Assembly: GCF_036321535.1 (NCBI RefSeq)
Contig: NC_087436.1
Location: forward strand, 100,070,001-100,134,000
Direction: 5' to 3'
Origin: Camelus dromedarius
Taxonomy: Eukaryota
Length of the DNA: 64,000 nt
Shown here: in pieces, positions 1 to 12,430 of the stretch
Layout of the letters: the number at the start of each line of letters is the position of its first letter
Numbering within the stretch: position 1 is the first letter of the stretch
The notes under the pieces: model-generated
Told to the model about the DNA's origin: nothing
What the model saw: the letters and a program-made list of their open reading frames with translations, nothing else
The model's database searches: none
Position numbers and translations under genes: made by a program

Positions 1-1364
1 GTGCACTACAAAGAGGAGACATGACAAAAATGTCAGAGAATCAAGGAGAGACAAAGGACTAGAAATTGTAACACTGAAAGTAATTTAGTGCCTTGAGGAA
101 TGGTAATTTTTCTTTTCCCTTAAACTTGAGGTGGAAAAAGCTCAGATAAGTCAGGAATGTCAGAGCTACAACTGAGATCTCAGTGAATGGCTAAATAAAT
201 TCTCTTATCCATAAACAACTAAACACGTAGATAAAACGTGTTAAGTGAAAATGGAAACGTAAGTCACACTGTGCTCCTTAATAATCAGTGTTAGTGAAAC
301 ACTCATTGGTATCATATGATTATAAGCAATCGGCTTCTTAACTCCTTTTTGTGTAACATAACTTCAAGTAGTCTTTCCCGTAATTCTGTGAGCCAAATTC
401 CAGCAATGCTCATGAGTTGCAATAAGGAGTTAAAGAACGTAATGTCCTTGCATAATAAATCAGGTATTAAGATATAGACTCTTACCTTACTCTGGAAATC
501 TATGGTAATTACTTTATTAATGAATAGTATGTGTTTAACCAACATGCCTAATTATCTTAAACTTTGATTATTGAGGATAAAACAATACAAGAGGCACAGG
601 ATGTTAGAGAGAGTTTTACTTCTTCTATTTATTTACTTCTGTGTGTGAATTCATCATCACCTTTCTTCATTGTAAATGCATCACATCAAAATTTCTTCCA
701 AACTATCTTTACAGGCTTCTTCTCCTGTAATTTCCTCCTATAGTCCAATAACAGTGATTTTTCTTCCTCATTGGTAGTCACTACTTTGGCATTATACAGT
801 TACTGATATTACCATATTAATCTTTTTTCAAAGCATTGCAGCTTATAGTACATGCCCACACGTGGCCACCTTTTTAAAATTCGTAATCTACTTCAAAGTA
901 ATCAAGGATGGTCCTTTGTTGACTTTCTCTGTCTCTGGCATTAACTGTTATTACTGAGCAATATATTTCTCCTAATACCTCAGGCTACTGTTGGTAGCAG
1001 GTGGGTTATAAAATATAAATTATGAATACAAATTTGATGCCATATTTCTAGCAGAGCTTAGCTGCTTGGTGTTTGAGAATTCACTTGCTTCAATATGTTC
1101 CATGTACTCTCCCATTATTGCTCTGATTTCAAGAGCATTACACATCTTACATGCCAATCATGTACCAGTGTTTCAACCAAACATGGCTCAAAATTTATTT
1201 CTTACAAGATGATCCTACAACCGTGGATGGTCTTTCTGACAAAATCCACCTAAACACTGATCCAGTCCTTTTAGATATCATATACTTTCGTATTTCATTA
1301 TTTTAAGGAAGACTTACCATTTAATTCAAAATGATTTTAAATGTCAGTGATAATTATATTAATA

Positions 1365-1488
1365 ATGAGTAACATTTTTGAGGATTTACTATTTTTCAGA
1401 CACTGGGTTAAGTGTGCCATATGAATTATTTAACGCAGTAAACTCTAAGAGGTAAGGGTAGCTCTATTAATTTTTCACAGATAATATA
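1365..1488 (-). mobile_element. MIR SINE fragment, interrupted by the LTR at 1489
   Basis: Degenerate match to reverse MIR core (acatttttgaggatttactat...cagacactgggttaagtg...tttttcacagat). Confidence 0.55.
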
Positions 1489-2005
1489 GTTCGACTGAAA
1501 TAAAATGCTCAACCTGAAAGTTGAGAGTTATGTTTTATTCAGCAAACTTTCTGAGGACTCAGCCCAGGATGACAGCCTCTCAGATAGCTCTGAACTACCT
1601 TCAAATTGCTCTGAAGAGGTAAGGGAGGAGCCAGGATATATAGGATTTTTTTTTACAACAAAGACCAGGTAGTCAGAACATCAAAAGATTACTGTTAGTT
1701 AAAGAAAACCAGACATCTCAAGTTAAAGAATTTAGCACTTTTCTGTTTTAGGGAAGGTGCAAAGTTCCAGGCTCATTGAAATCATTCCTTTTATATGCAC
1801 CTAGCTATCTAGGGTCAGTCTCCTGTTCTTTCACATCATGAGTTCCCTTAGGGTGCACCGCTGGGGGTGGCTGCAGAGGCTGGCTACCTGCTTGTCTGCA
1901 TTCTGAGCTCCTTCTGCTCACTATGGGGTGGCAGTAGCAGCTGATGACTTAATGGCCTCAGCATTCTTTGTTTACCGATATGGCTGGCAATATTTTTCAT
2001 TCACA
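1489..2005 (-). mobile_element. ERV1-type solo LTR, family A (related to 55394 and 55955 copies)
   Basis: Colinear with 55394-55882 (cgactgaaataaa...aacctgaaagttgagagttatgttttattc...cagcccaggatgacagcctc...tatttttcattcaca). TTTATT and tatata give minus-strand polyA/TATA signals. No clean TSD seen. Confidence 0.85.
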
Positions 2006-2184
2006 CACAGAACTGGGATCTAAATCATGTTTTAGAATACCCTGGTTGTTGGCCTCCAGCAAAAAACCTAAACTCAGTTCAAATGCTATTCTCTCTCAAA
2101 GAGGCCCTCCCTAACCACCCTATACAAACACCATCTCTCCCATTATCACAGCCAGTCTTCTTTTGGCACATGGTGGATACAACC

Positions 2185-2425
2185 TACCTACCTGTGGACA
2201 ATGAAATGTGATTGAATTTTCTATTCATTATTTCCGAGTGGGAGAGTTTAAGAATCAGTGTGAGTTTGCTTAATCCCTGTTTCCTTGCCATATTGGCAGG
2301 TGATGTGTCTGATGATGGAGGCTCCATTAGCTGCAGGAGTGAGAAAACATGGATCAGATCCCCTAGATAATGTGATAAATAAAACTTTATTATAAGCCAC
2401 TATAGTATTGGAAATTCTTTTTAGA
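2185..2425 (+). mobile_element. MaLR LTR fragment (MLT1J-like)
   Basis: gatggaggctccattagctg...aaataaaactttattataagccact resembles the MLT1 3' end. Confidence 0.5.
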
Positions 2426-2450
2426 AATCAGAGTCTGGTTGTACATTTTA

Positions 2451-2915
2451 ATTCATGCATTCATTCATTCAACAAATATTTTTGTGCACCTGCTATGACT
2501 TAGGAACTGTTTCAAGCACTAAGAACTTTACACTAATTTTTTAAATACCTTTTTGAGGCTTATTTTCAGGAAGAAAGACAGATAATAAGGGGAAAAAATG
2601 AAACACTTTTTAAAAAATTATCTGTTAATGGTGATAAAGTGCCATGGGAAAAAATGTGAAATTGTGATTTAGGGAGTGATGCATGTTAAGCTGGGTGGTT
2701 AAGGAGTGAGTTCTTGATGCAGTGATGTTTGACCAAAGGGCTGAAAGGTAAAAGGAAGCCTGTCATGCAGTTGTACTGAAGCAGAACATTTCAGGAAAAA
2801 GGGACAACCTTCTGTCACTAAAAAACAGTAAGGAGGCTAAGATGGTAGAAGCAGAGTGACTGAAGGAGAGTACAATGAAGGGAAGGCCATAGAGACAGAG
2901 GAGGGTCTTGCGGGC
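2451..2915 (-). mobile_element. L2 LINE 3' fragment
   Basis: attcattcattcaacaaatattt...cacctgctatg is the reverse L2 3' terminus, followed by degenerate L2 body. Confidence 0.7.
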
Positions 2916-3449
2916 TATTCATTTTTCATCTAGTGTTATTTGCTAATTATGGACAATGCACGGTTGTTGAATAAATGAACATTCTCCATAATGATAAGAT
3001 TCAAGTATTCCACTTCATTCAACCACAAACCAAAAGAAAAAAAAATTCACAGCTGAACTCACCGGGTTCATATCAAACAAATGCAGGAATTATTAACAAG
3101 TATGTGCATAGGCTTGGGAGGTATACTCTAATGACATCTCTTATTGGTTCAAAATCTTAATGAAAAAAATTGAAAAAAATACTTATATCTATAAAAATGT
3201 GTTTCATTAGTTATACTTAGCCACTTATAATAAAGAACCATTGACTAATCAGAATGTAAAATGTTTTACATACAGGAACAGATATTTTTCCAAATAGCTT
3301 CTGGAAAGTATCTTTACAAAAATTGTCAGAAGAAGAATGAGATTATTGATAATCACTTTGTACCAAACAACCCATAACTATTCTTCAAAGTAGCCATCTG
3401 TGCTTGAGATATATTTTTTCCTGTGATTCTTAACTCTGTATTTTTTTTC

Positions 3450-4265
3450 AGCTACTAATGCTGTGTGACAAATCATCCAAACACTTAGTTTTTTACTCAC
3501 CATATGTGAGTCAGCAACTTGAGCTGAATTCAGCTGAGAGTTTCTTCCACTTGTTTATAAGAGTCTGCAGATGGAACGGCTCCAGATTTCCCGCCATGCC
3601 CTTTCATCCTCGAGATGCTAGACTGGTCCTTTTTACATGAATGTAGAAGCATTCAGACATTGCTGCTGAGAGACAATCCTCCCTGAATCCCTCACACTGC
3701 TACATGGATGGCATTTATAGACAACTTAAGACCCTTTGTCTAAAGTGTAAGGGTAAGATAGTACTTTGCTCTCAGGGAAGACTTTCTTAAATCCCAAAGT
3801 AACAAATACAATGTCTCCTTTGGAGTGAAGTGTAGGCAAGTTTTGTAGCATCACCTGATGAGACTGTGGATTTCCAAAGCAGGAAACAGATTAGCCGTGT
3901 GTTCAGAATTCACCAAGGCCCCTGTTGAATCACCCCTGTGGGACTTAGGCTGTGAGAGCGTGAAGTTCAAGCTGCCTGCCGCTCTAGAAGTATGAACTGT
4001 CTAAAACCATTGGGTCCGGTTGTCTCCTTACTGACTAAGTCTGTGGAAGTGTGACAAGTTGACCTAACAGCAGCTTGCAGCTTAGAGACTACTTGATTGC
4101 AAGGCTTTCCAAATAGTAGACTTGAAAGTAAGCAGTGTCATTTTTGCCACATTCTGTTGGTCAAAGCATGTCCTAGGGACGTACCAAATGCCTGCCGAGA
4201 CAGACTAGACTCTATGCCTTGATGGGAGAAGTAACAAAGGCAGATTAGAATGGAGTATGTGTAAT
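3450..4265 (-). mobile_element. Old MaLR LTR (MLT1K/L-like) split by a nested ERVL LTR
   Basis: MLT1-like pieces at ~3450-3660 and ~4125-4265 (tgtcatttttgccacattctgttggtcaaagca...gactagactctatgccttgatgggaga). Confidence 0.5.
3663..4110 (+). mobile_element. ERVL-class LTR (MER54/MER73/MER74-like)
   Basis: Starts tgctgagagacaatcctcc, similar to my recollection of the 5' end of this LTR group; interrupts the MLT1. Confidence 0.45.
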
Positions 4266-4429
4266 TGTAGAATTCTCACTTTCTTTTCAGTTTCTTGTAA
4301 GACTTCGTTCATAATTTTCTTTCTTTGAGTCCTTGTGCTATAAACTCAGAATTCCTTATATTTATATTTATTCTACTAATTTTCTCTTCAGCTCTGTCTA
4401 ATCTTCTATAGACAATTTGTGGAGATTTC

Positions 4430-4770
4430 CAGCTTTTTACTGAAGTATCACAAGCATACAAGCATGTGCAAACATCACAAGTACATACAGCTTGACGGAT
4501 CTTCACAAATTACCAACACCCTTGTAACTAGAATGCAGATCAAGAAAGAAAATATCACCAGGATTCTCAAAACGTCTCTAAAGCCTTCACCTCGTCCCTA
4601 CATACTCCTCAAGGATAAGCAATAGTTTTGCTGGTTTTGGAACTTTCTATATGAGTGGAATCCTAGGTATGCATTCTCTGGTGCCTGTCTGACTTAGTTC
4701 TACATTATGTTTGTTAGAATCATCTATGTTATGATTCAGTCCATTAGAGTAGCATATTGTATATTTCCAA
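4430..4770 (-). mobile_element. Old L1 (L1ME-like) 3' UTR
   Basis: cagctttttactgaagtat...cagatcaagaaagaaaatatcacc...gaactttctatatgagtggaatc matches reverse L1M 3' ends. Confidence 0.65.
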
Positions 4771-7700
4771 AGAACACATTTAATATGTTAAAAAAAAAAG
4801 CCTCTTCTTAATTAGGTTGATTAGCCATAAGCAAGAAGTAAGAATTAAAGAAATAAAGTAATTCTGAAAATGTTTACTTTTTTAAAAATAAGATAAAAAT
4901 ATATTCAACTTAGGTTAAGTTAAAAAAGGTGTTGTGATATCTGTAGTTAACACTTAAAACGTTTTATAAACATTTTCTATTGCAGTTTTACTTAAAACCA
5001 AAGTACTGAGCAGTAGGAATGACCTTTTGAAATTCATTGTTGGGATGTGTTGCTGGGATACATTGTTATATATATGAAATATTTAATGTCTCAAGTAGCC
5101 AAAAGAAGTTTGAGAAATAGTATCTTTGTGGTCAAAGGTCAAAAGTTACCAAAGAAAAAATGTCTTTATAGCCCTGTCTAGGCATATAGTTGGCAGATCA
5201 AATAACCAAGATCTCAAGAAACTAAATTTTAGATGTCAAAAAATATACAGTTAGAAATTTGAGTTTGCTTACCACGAAAATCAAAATATAACATATGGCT
5301 TGATAATATAATTCACAGTGTTTATGAGTAGAATTAAAAATAAGTTCATAAGAATGTCCAACCTATCAAAGTGTTCATTGGTAATATAATATAAACAAAA
5401 GAAATAGGATATTTCTAATGATTTTTCTGTTAAACTGTGTATTTCATAAATTAACATAGATTACCTTATGCTCCTGCATAGACTCAGGATATCCTCACTG
5501 ACAAAACTAGGGCTTTTCTAGGATCAGAACAAAGCTCCTCTTCTCCACTGGCTTTGATAATAGCTCGTAGGAACTTTACTTGCCAATCTCTAAATTTTCT
5601 CTGCTGAACACAGGCTTCACAGATGCTTCTCAGGTGAGCAGGAACAAAATGAAGATAAAGTTTTTTTGTTGTTTCTGTTTTGTTATATTCTAGACACTAT
5701 CTTCTTCAAAGTACATTATCCCTGAGATTAAAAGTGGAGGTCGAATATATTTCCCGTGTGGATCAAGTGCGAATGTCTGTGCCTCACTACACCTGCCTCC
5801 CTTCATTTGTAAATGAGGACGGTGTCAGGCGGTACCATATACGTTTGCTCTGAACATCAGTGGGAATGTGAATGTGAAAAGTTTGGCACAATAGCTTAAT
5901 AAACAGCAAATTATGAATAAAGTTCACTATTACAGATCATTCCCGGAGGACAAGCAGTTCTGTGGATATGTATCTCATTCATTATAAACTGATTTTTATA
6001 ACTTTTTCATTTAAAAGATGACTTTTTATCTTCATTCCCATCACTCAATACGAGTGGTCTCATCGGAGCAATTGTTTCCTACACAAAAATTACATTTTCT
6101 ATTCTATCAGAAGAGAACTAAATTGAACTGTACTAGTGGATTCATTTAATCAGCAAATATTTATTGTGCATTGAATGCATGATAGCTCTTAACCAGAGAT
6201 TCCTCAGGTCCTGGGGACCAAAATAATACTAATTTTTCAGACTCTTCATTATCCACCCAACTAAGTGTTAAATGAGCAGCACGACTATAAGTTTATTCAA
6301 GACTGATCTAAAATGCGCCTTGTCCACACCTTCCTTGAACACCCCAGGCCTGGATTATTCCCCACTCCTCAGACTCTCAGAGCAGCTTCTCAATGTCACC
6401 ATCATGACATGTCTCATTTGCTATGTGTGTACTGTCTCTTAAAAAAATTGTTTGGTATAGTTTTCAAAATATATGATGAGAGATTGCAGAGAAAATATGG
6501 CCTCAGTACTTTACTAGCACAAGTTTATGAAAGGAAAATTCAGAGCAAGAGAAATCATTTTGTCAGCTTCAAGTAAGAAGCTAATGGTGTGCTAAATACA
6601 CTAATAAGAAATGCACAGACACTGGGAAGCAATAATGGTCTCAGCACCAAGATGAGAAGACTTCTTCCTGGAAAACAAAATGGAAGTACACACAACACCA
6701 CTAGGTGTTACTGGGGAAGGAGAAGAAAGGAGAGAAGGTGGTTAAGGAAGAGTTAAGTTGGAACCTTACTGTAAGTACATTAATTATGGAAAGATGCACA
6801 GCAGCTTTTGCAGGAAAGATAGCATGATATCAACAGTTCCCAAGAAGAGCAGACGTAGAAGGGGGAAGAGTCTGGCTTCAATAATTCTGAGAGCAGCTGT
6901 TGAGACGTGTCAAGCCAGAAGAACTCCAGCTGCCGGTCCTGTGAGCAGTGCCAAAGGTTTCACATGCTAAGTGTGTATCAGAGCTCCAGGAGAACACCAC
7001 CATTTAAAGTATGTGCTGATGAGGAGCAGAAGTCAGAGTTAAGAGACAGAAAAAGATATTCGAGTCCTTTGAGAGGTATTTAAATTAGATATTTAGTTCT
7101 AAAATATGCCATGATTTTGTAACTTGGGATGCATCATGTGAAACTTACTGCTCTGTTCAGTGTTGTCTTTTACACAATAAGAAGAGTCATTACACAGGAC
7201 TGCAGATTTACAGGTTGTCTGGGAGGATACTATAAAAACAGGTATTCTATAAAGTATAAATTCCTCTTCTAGGATTAATATTATTATCAATTTTACTCAT
7301 TATTTTTTGCTTGTATGTTTAGAAGACAGGAATAAAGTGTTTTACATTGTAATTTTATTAAAGAAGAGTTTCTTTTTGGAAAACAATTTATGCTTTGAAT
7401 CCTAAAATACCATGTTCTTAAAACTCACTTCATTGAAAGCATTTGGAATTTTTCTCCTACTGGGTTCATCTATTGCCTTTTGGAGACCCTAGTTTCCTTA
7501 GCTATTGTTAGAAGAGTTGGGATTTGGAATGGACTAAGTCTCCCAGTTCGGCAAAGTAGGATTTTTATGCACCATATAAGGAAATTGCTGGAATGAGGAG
7601 GTCTATGGCCCAGACGATGAATTCTGTTTTCAAAGATTTTGGATAGTGGTACTTTCCTCAGGAAAATTCTCAGACTTATTCAAAGTGCTAAAGTCATCCT

Positions 7701-8199
7701 CTTCCTTATCCTAACCTGGGAATAAGTCAAGTATAACCACTCTGAAGTTGCTTGTGTGGTTTTTTTGATAAAAGGCGTCTGCTTAAACTCCCTGTCCTTT
7801 CCAGGCTCCAGCCATGGGCGTTGTACCACTCAAGTCTTGCCCATTGTATGCAGCTCAACACAGTAAGACCTGTGCTCTCTAATATGTGCCACACACTTAC
7901 TAAGCGTGATGACCTGATGGTCTCCCATCCCCTCATTGTATGGAGGAGAAAATGCTTTTCATGATTTACTCAGCAGCAGAAACATCGTGGAAGCATCCAT
8001 TTGTGTGTACATTATCATTTATCTCCAAAAGAGGCTCCTTCAAAACTACTCCTGGAGTTCTGTTTCTAAAAACACCAAACAAACAAAAAAGTGCAATCTT
8101 GTCATTCTCATTTGTCAATAAAGAACCTTCAAAAGAAATTCACAGAACCTTCTTGGCCTTATGGAATCTAACTCCACAGCATCCATCAAGCCATAGCTA

Positions 8200-8350
8200 C
8201 ATCACTCATTCATTCACTTAATATATATTGATTGAGAAGCAGGAGACCTTGAGATAGATGCTGGGAATAGAGTAAAATACAGAACAGTTCCCTGCCTTCA
8301 GGGCACTTAAAGTTTAGTGTTTGGTAAAGACATCACACAGATGGTCACAA
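8200..8350 (-). mobile_element. L2 3' fragment
   Basis: cactcattcattcacttaatatatattgattg...gatgctgggaatagag...cctgccttcagggcacttaaagtttagtg. Confidence 0.6.
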
Positions 8351-8715
8351 ATATATCATTACACAGATGACTCACTGGGCTTCTGACTTTTTCTCCCACC
8401 CACACCCCCTTAGTTTCTGCCCCACCACTCTTCCTACACAATTCCCCACCTTTCCTGATCAAGCCCACTTGTCTCACATGGCCTTGCATTTGTACATGCT
8501 GTGTCTTTTGTGTCTAGAATATGCTACTTTCTTTCCCTTACAAACTCCTATGCATTCGTTTTACTCAGTTATGACCTCTCTGAAAGCCTTCACCAGAGCT
8601 GATGGTTTTTCTGAGGCATCAGGGAACTGTTTGTACATCTTGTGTATTCTGTCATTAAATCATTTTTAATAGGTGTGTTTTGTTCACTGGTTGAGAGAAG
8701 GGTTCTAACGTGCAC

Positions 8716-8915
8716 GGGTTTTAGTCTTGTCTCTGCTAATTTCTCACCGTGCCCTTGAGCAAATAATTTAACTTCTCTGATAATCAGTTTCTTTACTGTT
8801 AAATATGTTTATAATAGCATTTACCTCTCCATGTTGTTGGAACAAAGGAATGAGTTAGTAGTTATGGAACATTTCAACAGAGTTTAATAAATATTAAGTG
8901 GTTTATTAGTATCAG
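8716..8915 (+). mobile_element. MIR SINE
   Basis: gtgcccttgagcaaataatttaacttctctgataatcagtttc MIR core. Confidence 0.65.
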
Positions 8916-10685
8916 CTTTTGATATTAGTATCAAGACAGATATCCTGAGTTACAGTACTTCTCAGTAAATATGTATTGAAAATGTGAAAGTGTGAGTTTG
9001 CAATTAGGTTAAATCTTGCTACTGGACTTTAAATAGATTTAAAAACAAAACAAAACTAGACACAAAAACTAAGCCTAGGACTGGCTTACCTGAATGTAAA
9101 AAAGTTCTAATGAAAATCAATATGTCTTTAATAAACAGACTTTCCAATTCTAACTATATTCAATGATGAAAAATGCTACAGATAATTTTTTATTGCGTTC
9201 ATTTGTCTCAGGTTGACTTAGATAGTTTTAACGAGGTAACCTCTTATTGTTAGTTTCAAATTATTTTTCCTTCACTGTTTGGTTAGGAGTCTAATGAAGC
9301 AGCACAACAGTGTTTCTCTTGTTTCTATTCCTCAAGGGACAACTCATTTAATCATCTGAACACTTGGAACTCCATTGTGGTACAAATAAACAATTATGTA
9401 GTCTAGCTTTCAAAAATCACTGAAAATCTAATGAAAAGAAAACATACAAAATGAATTTAAGAAAAGCAAGTATATTTTTCTGTAAAATTATATCATTCAA
9501 CTTACTAAAATATTGCTGCATGTGTACCAAAAATAAATACATCAATAAATAAAAGGAAAGAAAAATAAATTAAGTTGCCATTCCAAAAATGCATATTTCT
9601 GGTCTGGCGGTCAAACAACTACAACAACAAAACCGTGACAGCAGCTTTACAACTGCATTAGGGCCACAAGGATCTCATTCTGGAGGGCAATTGGTATCTG
9701 AGAAAAGAAATGATTGCAATTTAAAATGTCACTATTCATATACAATGCTGTGGCCCCCTGAGGAACTACAATTTGCACGTAATGAGACTGATAACTTCTT
9801 ACTGTATCCAGCTGGAAATGACAACATCCACCTTGCACATTCTCCAACAAAGTCTGTTTTCAAGTTTCAAAGTCACATATTTATGGATTACATTCTTCAG
9901 GTTCTGTGTTACTATGGTATGGATCTGAAAGAGATAGAATACTGCCAGGCCTCAAATATTGATCTTTGCATCATTATATTTAAAAAATTAAAAAAAAAAA
10001 CACATCTGAGCAATTTAATGAATTTTGTTAAAAGCCATATAAATAATGTTTGAATGAATCTAACAATTTATCAAGATGAAAAAACAAATTTGATGTAAGT
10101 GGACAGAATAACAGATTGTGAGAGCTTCATCAACAGCCTGAAAGAAAAAATGGATTACTTTAGGACTAGAGTAAGACATTAATTAACAGGGAGATTAAAA
10201 AAAAACAAAAAACGTTCAAGATTATAGTTACAGGAAATGATGGACGATCATGCAGGAAATGCCAGCCAGTATTAAGAACCTGGTGATTTTTTTTTCAAGA
10301 AAGTTATAAGCAGCTTAATAAAAAAACTTTTTTTTTAAAGAAGTACCAGTCACCAGCAGCAAGGTCGACACACACAAAAATAATTCTGGATGAAGTGGAG
10401 CTAACCGCCACACCTGTCTCTGTCACCGAAGGCTGAAAGCTCGCTGCCTGTTAGACTGACATTAATGCTGAGGACCTAACTGCTGCCTCCCATGTGAAGT
10501 CACAGGAAAAATAATACCAATTATTGCAGTGTGTACAGCGTCCATCGTCATCTGTTCAATGTTCACTTGGTGGAAGTAATTCCAGTCAACATTATCATCG
10601 TGCGTTATCCCTGCATCAGCACTGCCATAGTCAGCTTGGCGATATCACCGTGTCCTCATCCTAGCAAGAGTATCCTGGGTGAAAT

Positions 10686-11076
10686 CTGTCTTCGCTCGAG
10701 CTGCTGTGACATAATACAGTAGGCCAGGTGCTTAAACAACAGACATGTGTTTTCTCACAGTTCTAGAGGCTGGAAGTCCAAGATCAGGGTGTCAGTGTGG
10801 TTGGGTTCTGGGGTTCTGGTGAGAACTCTCTCTCTCTGGTTTGCAGAGGGCCACTTTTTTGTGTGGTTATTTCCTCACATAGTGGAGAGAGAAAGAGAAC
10901 CCTCTCTCTGGTGTCTCTTCTTATAAGGACACTAATCCCGTCACAGGGGTCCCATCCTCATGACCTTCTGTAAACCAAATTACCTCCCAAGGGCCCCATC
11001 CCCAAACACTATCACAATGGGGATTAGGGCTTCAATAGCATATATTTGAGGGCTTCATGAAGGTTTAATCCATAGG
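10686..11076 (-). mobile_element. MaLR solo LTR (MLT1A/MLT1A0-like)
   Basis: ttctcacagttctagaggctggaagtccaagatcagggtg...cttataaggacactaatccc...cctcatgacc...ttacctcccaagggcccc...ggattagggcttcaa are hallmark MLT1A motifs. Confidence 0.85.
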
Positions 11077-11155
11077 GTAATCCTAAATGCTCAAATTTGA
11101 GGTTTTTGTTTTCCACTCTTTAATGTTTCTATCAAAACATCACCATTACATTTTT

Positions 11156-11380
11156 TCTTTTTTTTTCTTGTTGAAGTATAGTTAATTTACAGCATTGTGT
11201 TTATTTCAGGTGTACAACAAAATGATTGTGTTTTTTATATATATATGTATATATTCTTTTTTGTTTGTTTTCCATTGCAGTTTATTACAAGATATTGAAT
11301 ATAATTCCCTGTGCTGTGCAGTAAATCCTTGTTGTGGCTCTGTTTTATATAGGGTAGTGTGCATCTGTTAATCTTATACT
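11156..11380 (-). mobile_element. 5'-truncated cetartiodactyl L1 3' end with TSD
   Basis: Poly-T, then ttgaagtatag...gatattgaatataattccctgtgct (reverse of 17440-17610). TSD caccattacattttt (11141-11155) / catcattacattttt (11381-11395). Confidence 0.85.
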
Positions 11381-12209
11381 CATCATTACATTTTTATATA
11401 TGAAAACGACTGAACATAAACTGTGTGAATTAACACAGTTTATAAAGATCAGATTGTTAGAGAATTAGGAAATTAAGGAATTTACCCAGTATAGTTACTC
11501 ACTAATAATAGCATTAATTGTGAACACTGACATAGGAGAGAGAGACAGAAGACCACCAACACAGAAACCCCAATATAGGCATGGGTTTTTCCTCACTCCT
11601 GATTCTGTTTCCCGACTAAAACCTGGTGTTCCTTCTGTAGACCTGGCTGGTGAGCCGTGTCTTTTGTTTCTATGGGAAACGGAAGTAACACTAAACTTCT
11701 CTTTCAATGGCGTCGACCTCTCTGTGTGGTCAGTCAGTCATCTTTATAAATTAAGATCTGGGCACAAAACACTAGAAGGTCTGACTCCAGCATGTTTACA
11801 AGGAGATGTACTTACCTGCCTTCTTTCCCTCCCAAGAATGTCTCCTGGTAAAGGAATGGAATGGTTTGATGTTCTGCTGCTAGACCTTTCCTGTCCACTT
11901 TATATAGTTTCCCGTGTATAGCATTTATAATGATTTTAAAGCCAAACTATAAATACAATTCTTGTATTGCTTTATTAGTGATTTTAGTTTTTTTCTTCTT
12001 TTAAGTCTAATGTTGTATTTCCTTCATGCTTACTTTTATTCTGCAAATTCTCTCTGTTGAGAGTTTATAGGTTAAGCAGAGATCCTAACTACACAAATGT
12101 TCTCAATGTTATCCACAGTGGAGTGCACCCAGCCCTTGGTTTCTGCACCAAAGCAAACCTGAGCGACTTACGAACCATGTGGTTCACCAACATACAGTGT
12201 TACATAATC

Positions 12210-12430
12210 TAAGAACATGGGCTCTGGAAAGAGATGCACCTTGCTTTTAATCCCATCCTTGCCAATAAAAATTTGGGGGATTTTACTATATTACTTCATT
12301 GCTTTAAGCCTTATTTCCTTCTTATATCAAATAGAAATACAACTTTTTATAGAGCTATGATTAAGTAAAATGATTCATATAATACACTTAACATCGTGCT
12401 TGAATCATAGGAAACAATCAATTAAGGTTT
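12210..12430 (+). mobile_element. MIR SINE
   Basis: taagaacatgggctctggaaagag...ttacttcattgctttaagccttatttcct...cacttaacatcgtgcttgaatcatagg. Confidence 0.6.

Noticed and set aside
9589..10053. 154-aa plus-strand ORF
   Set aside because: No recognisable domain, and it runs through a poly-A tract.
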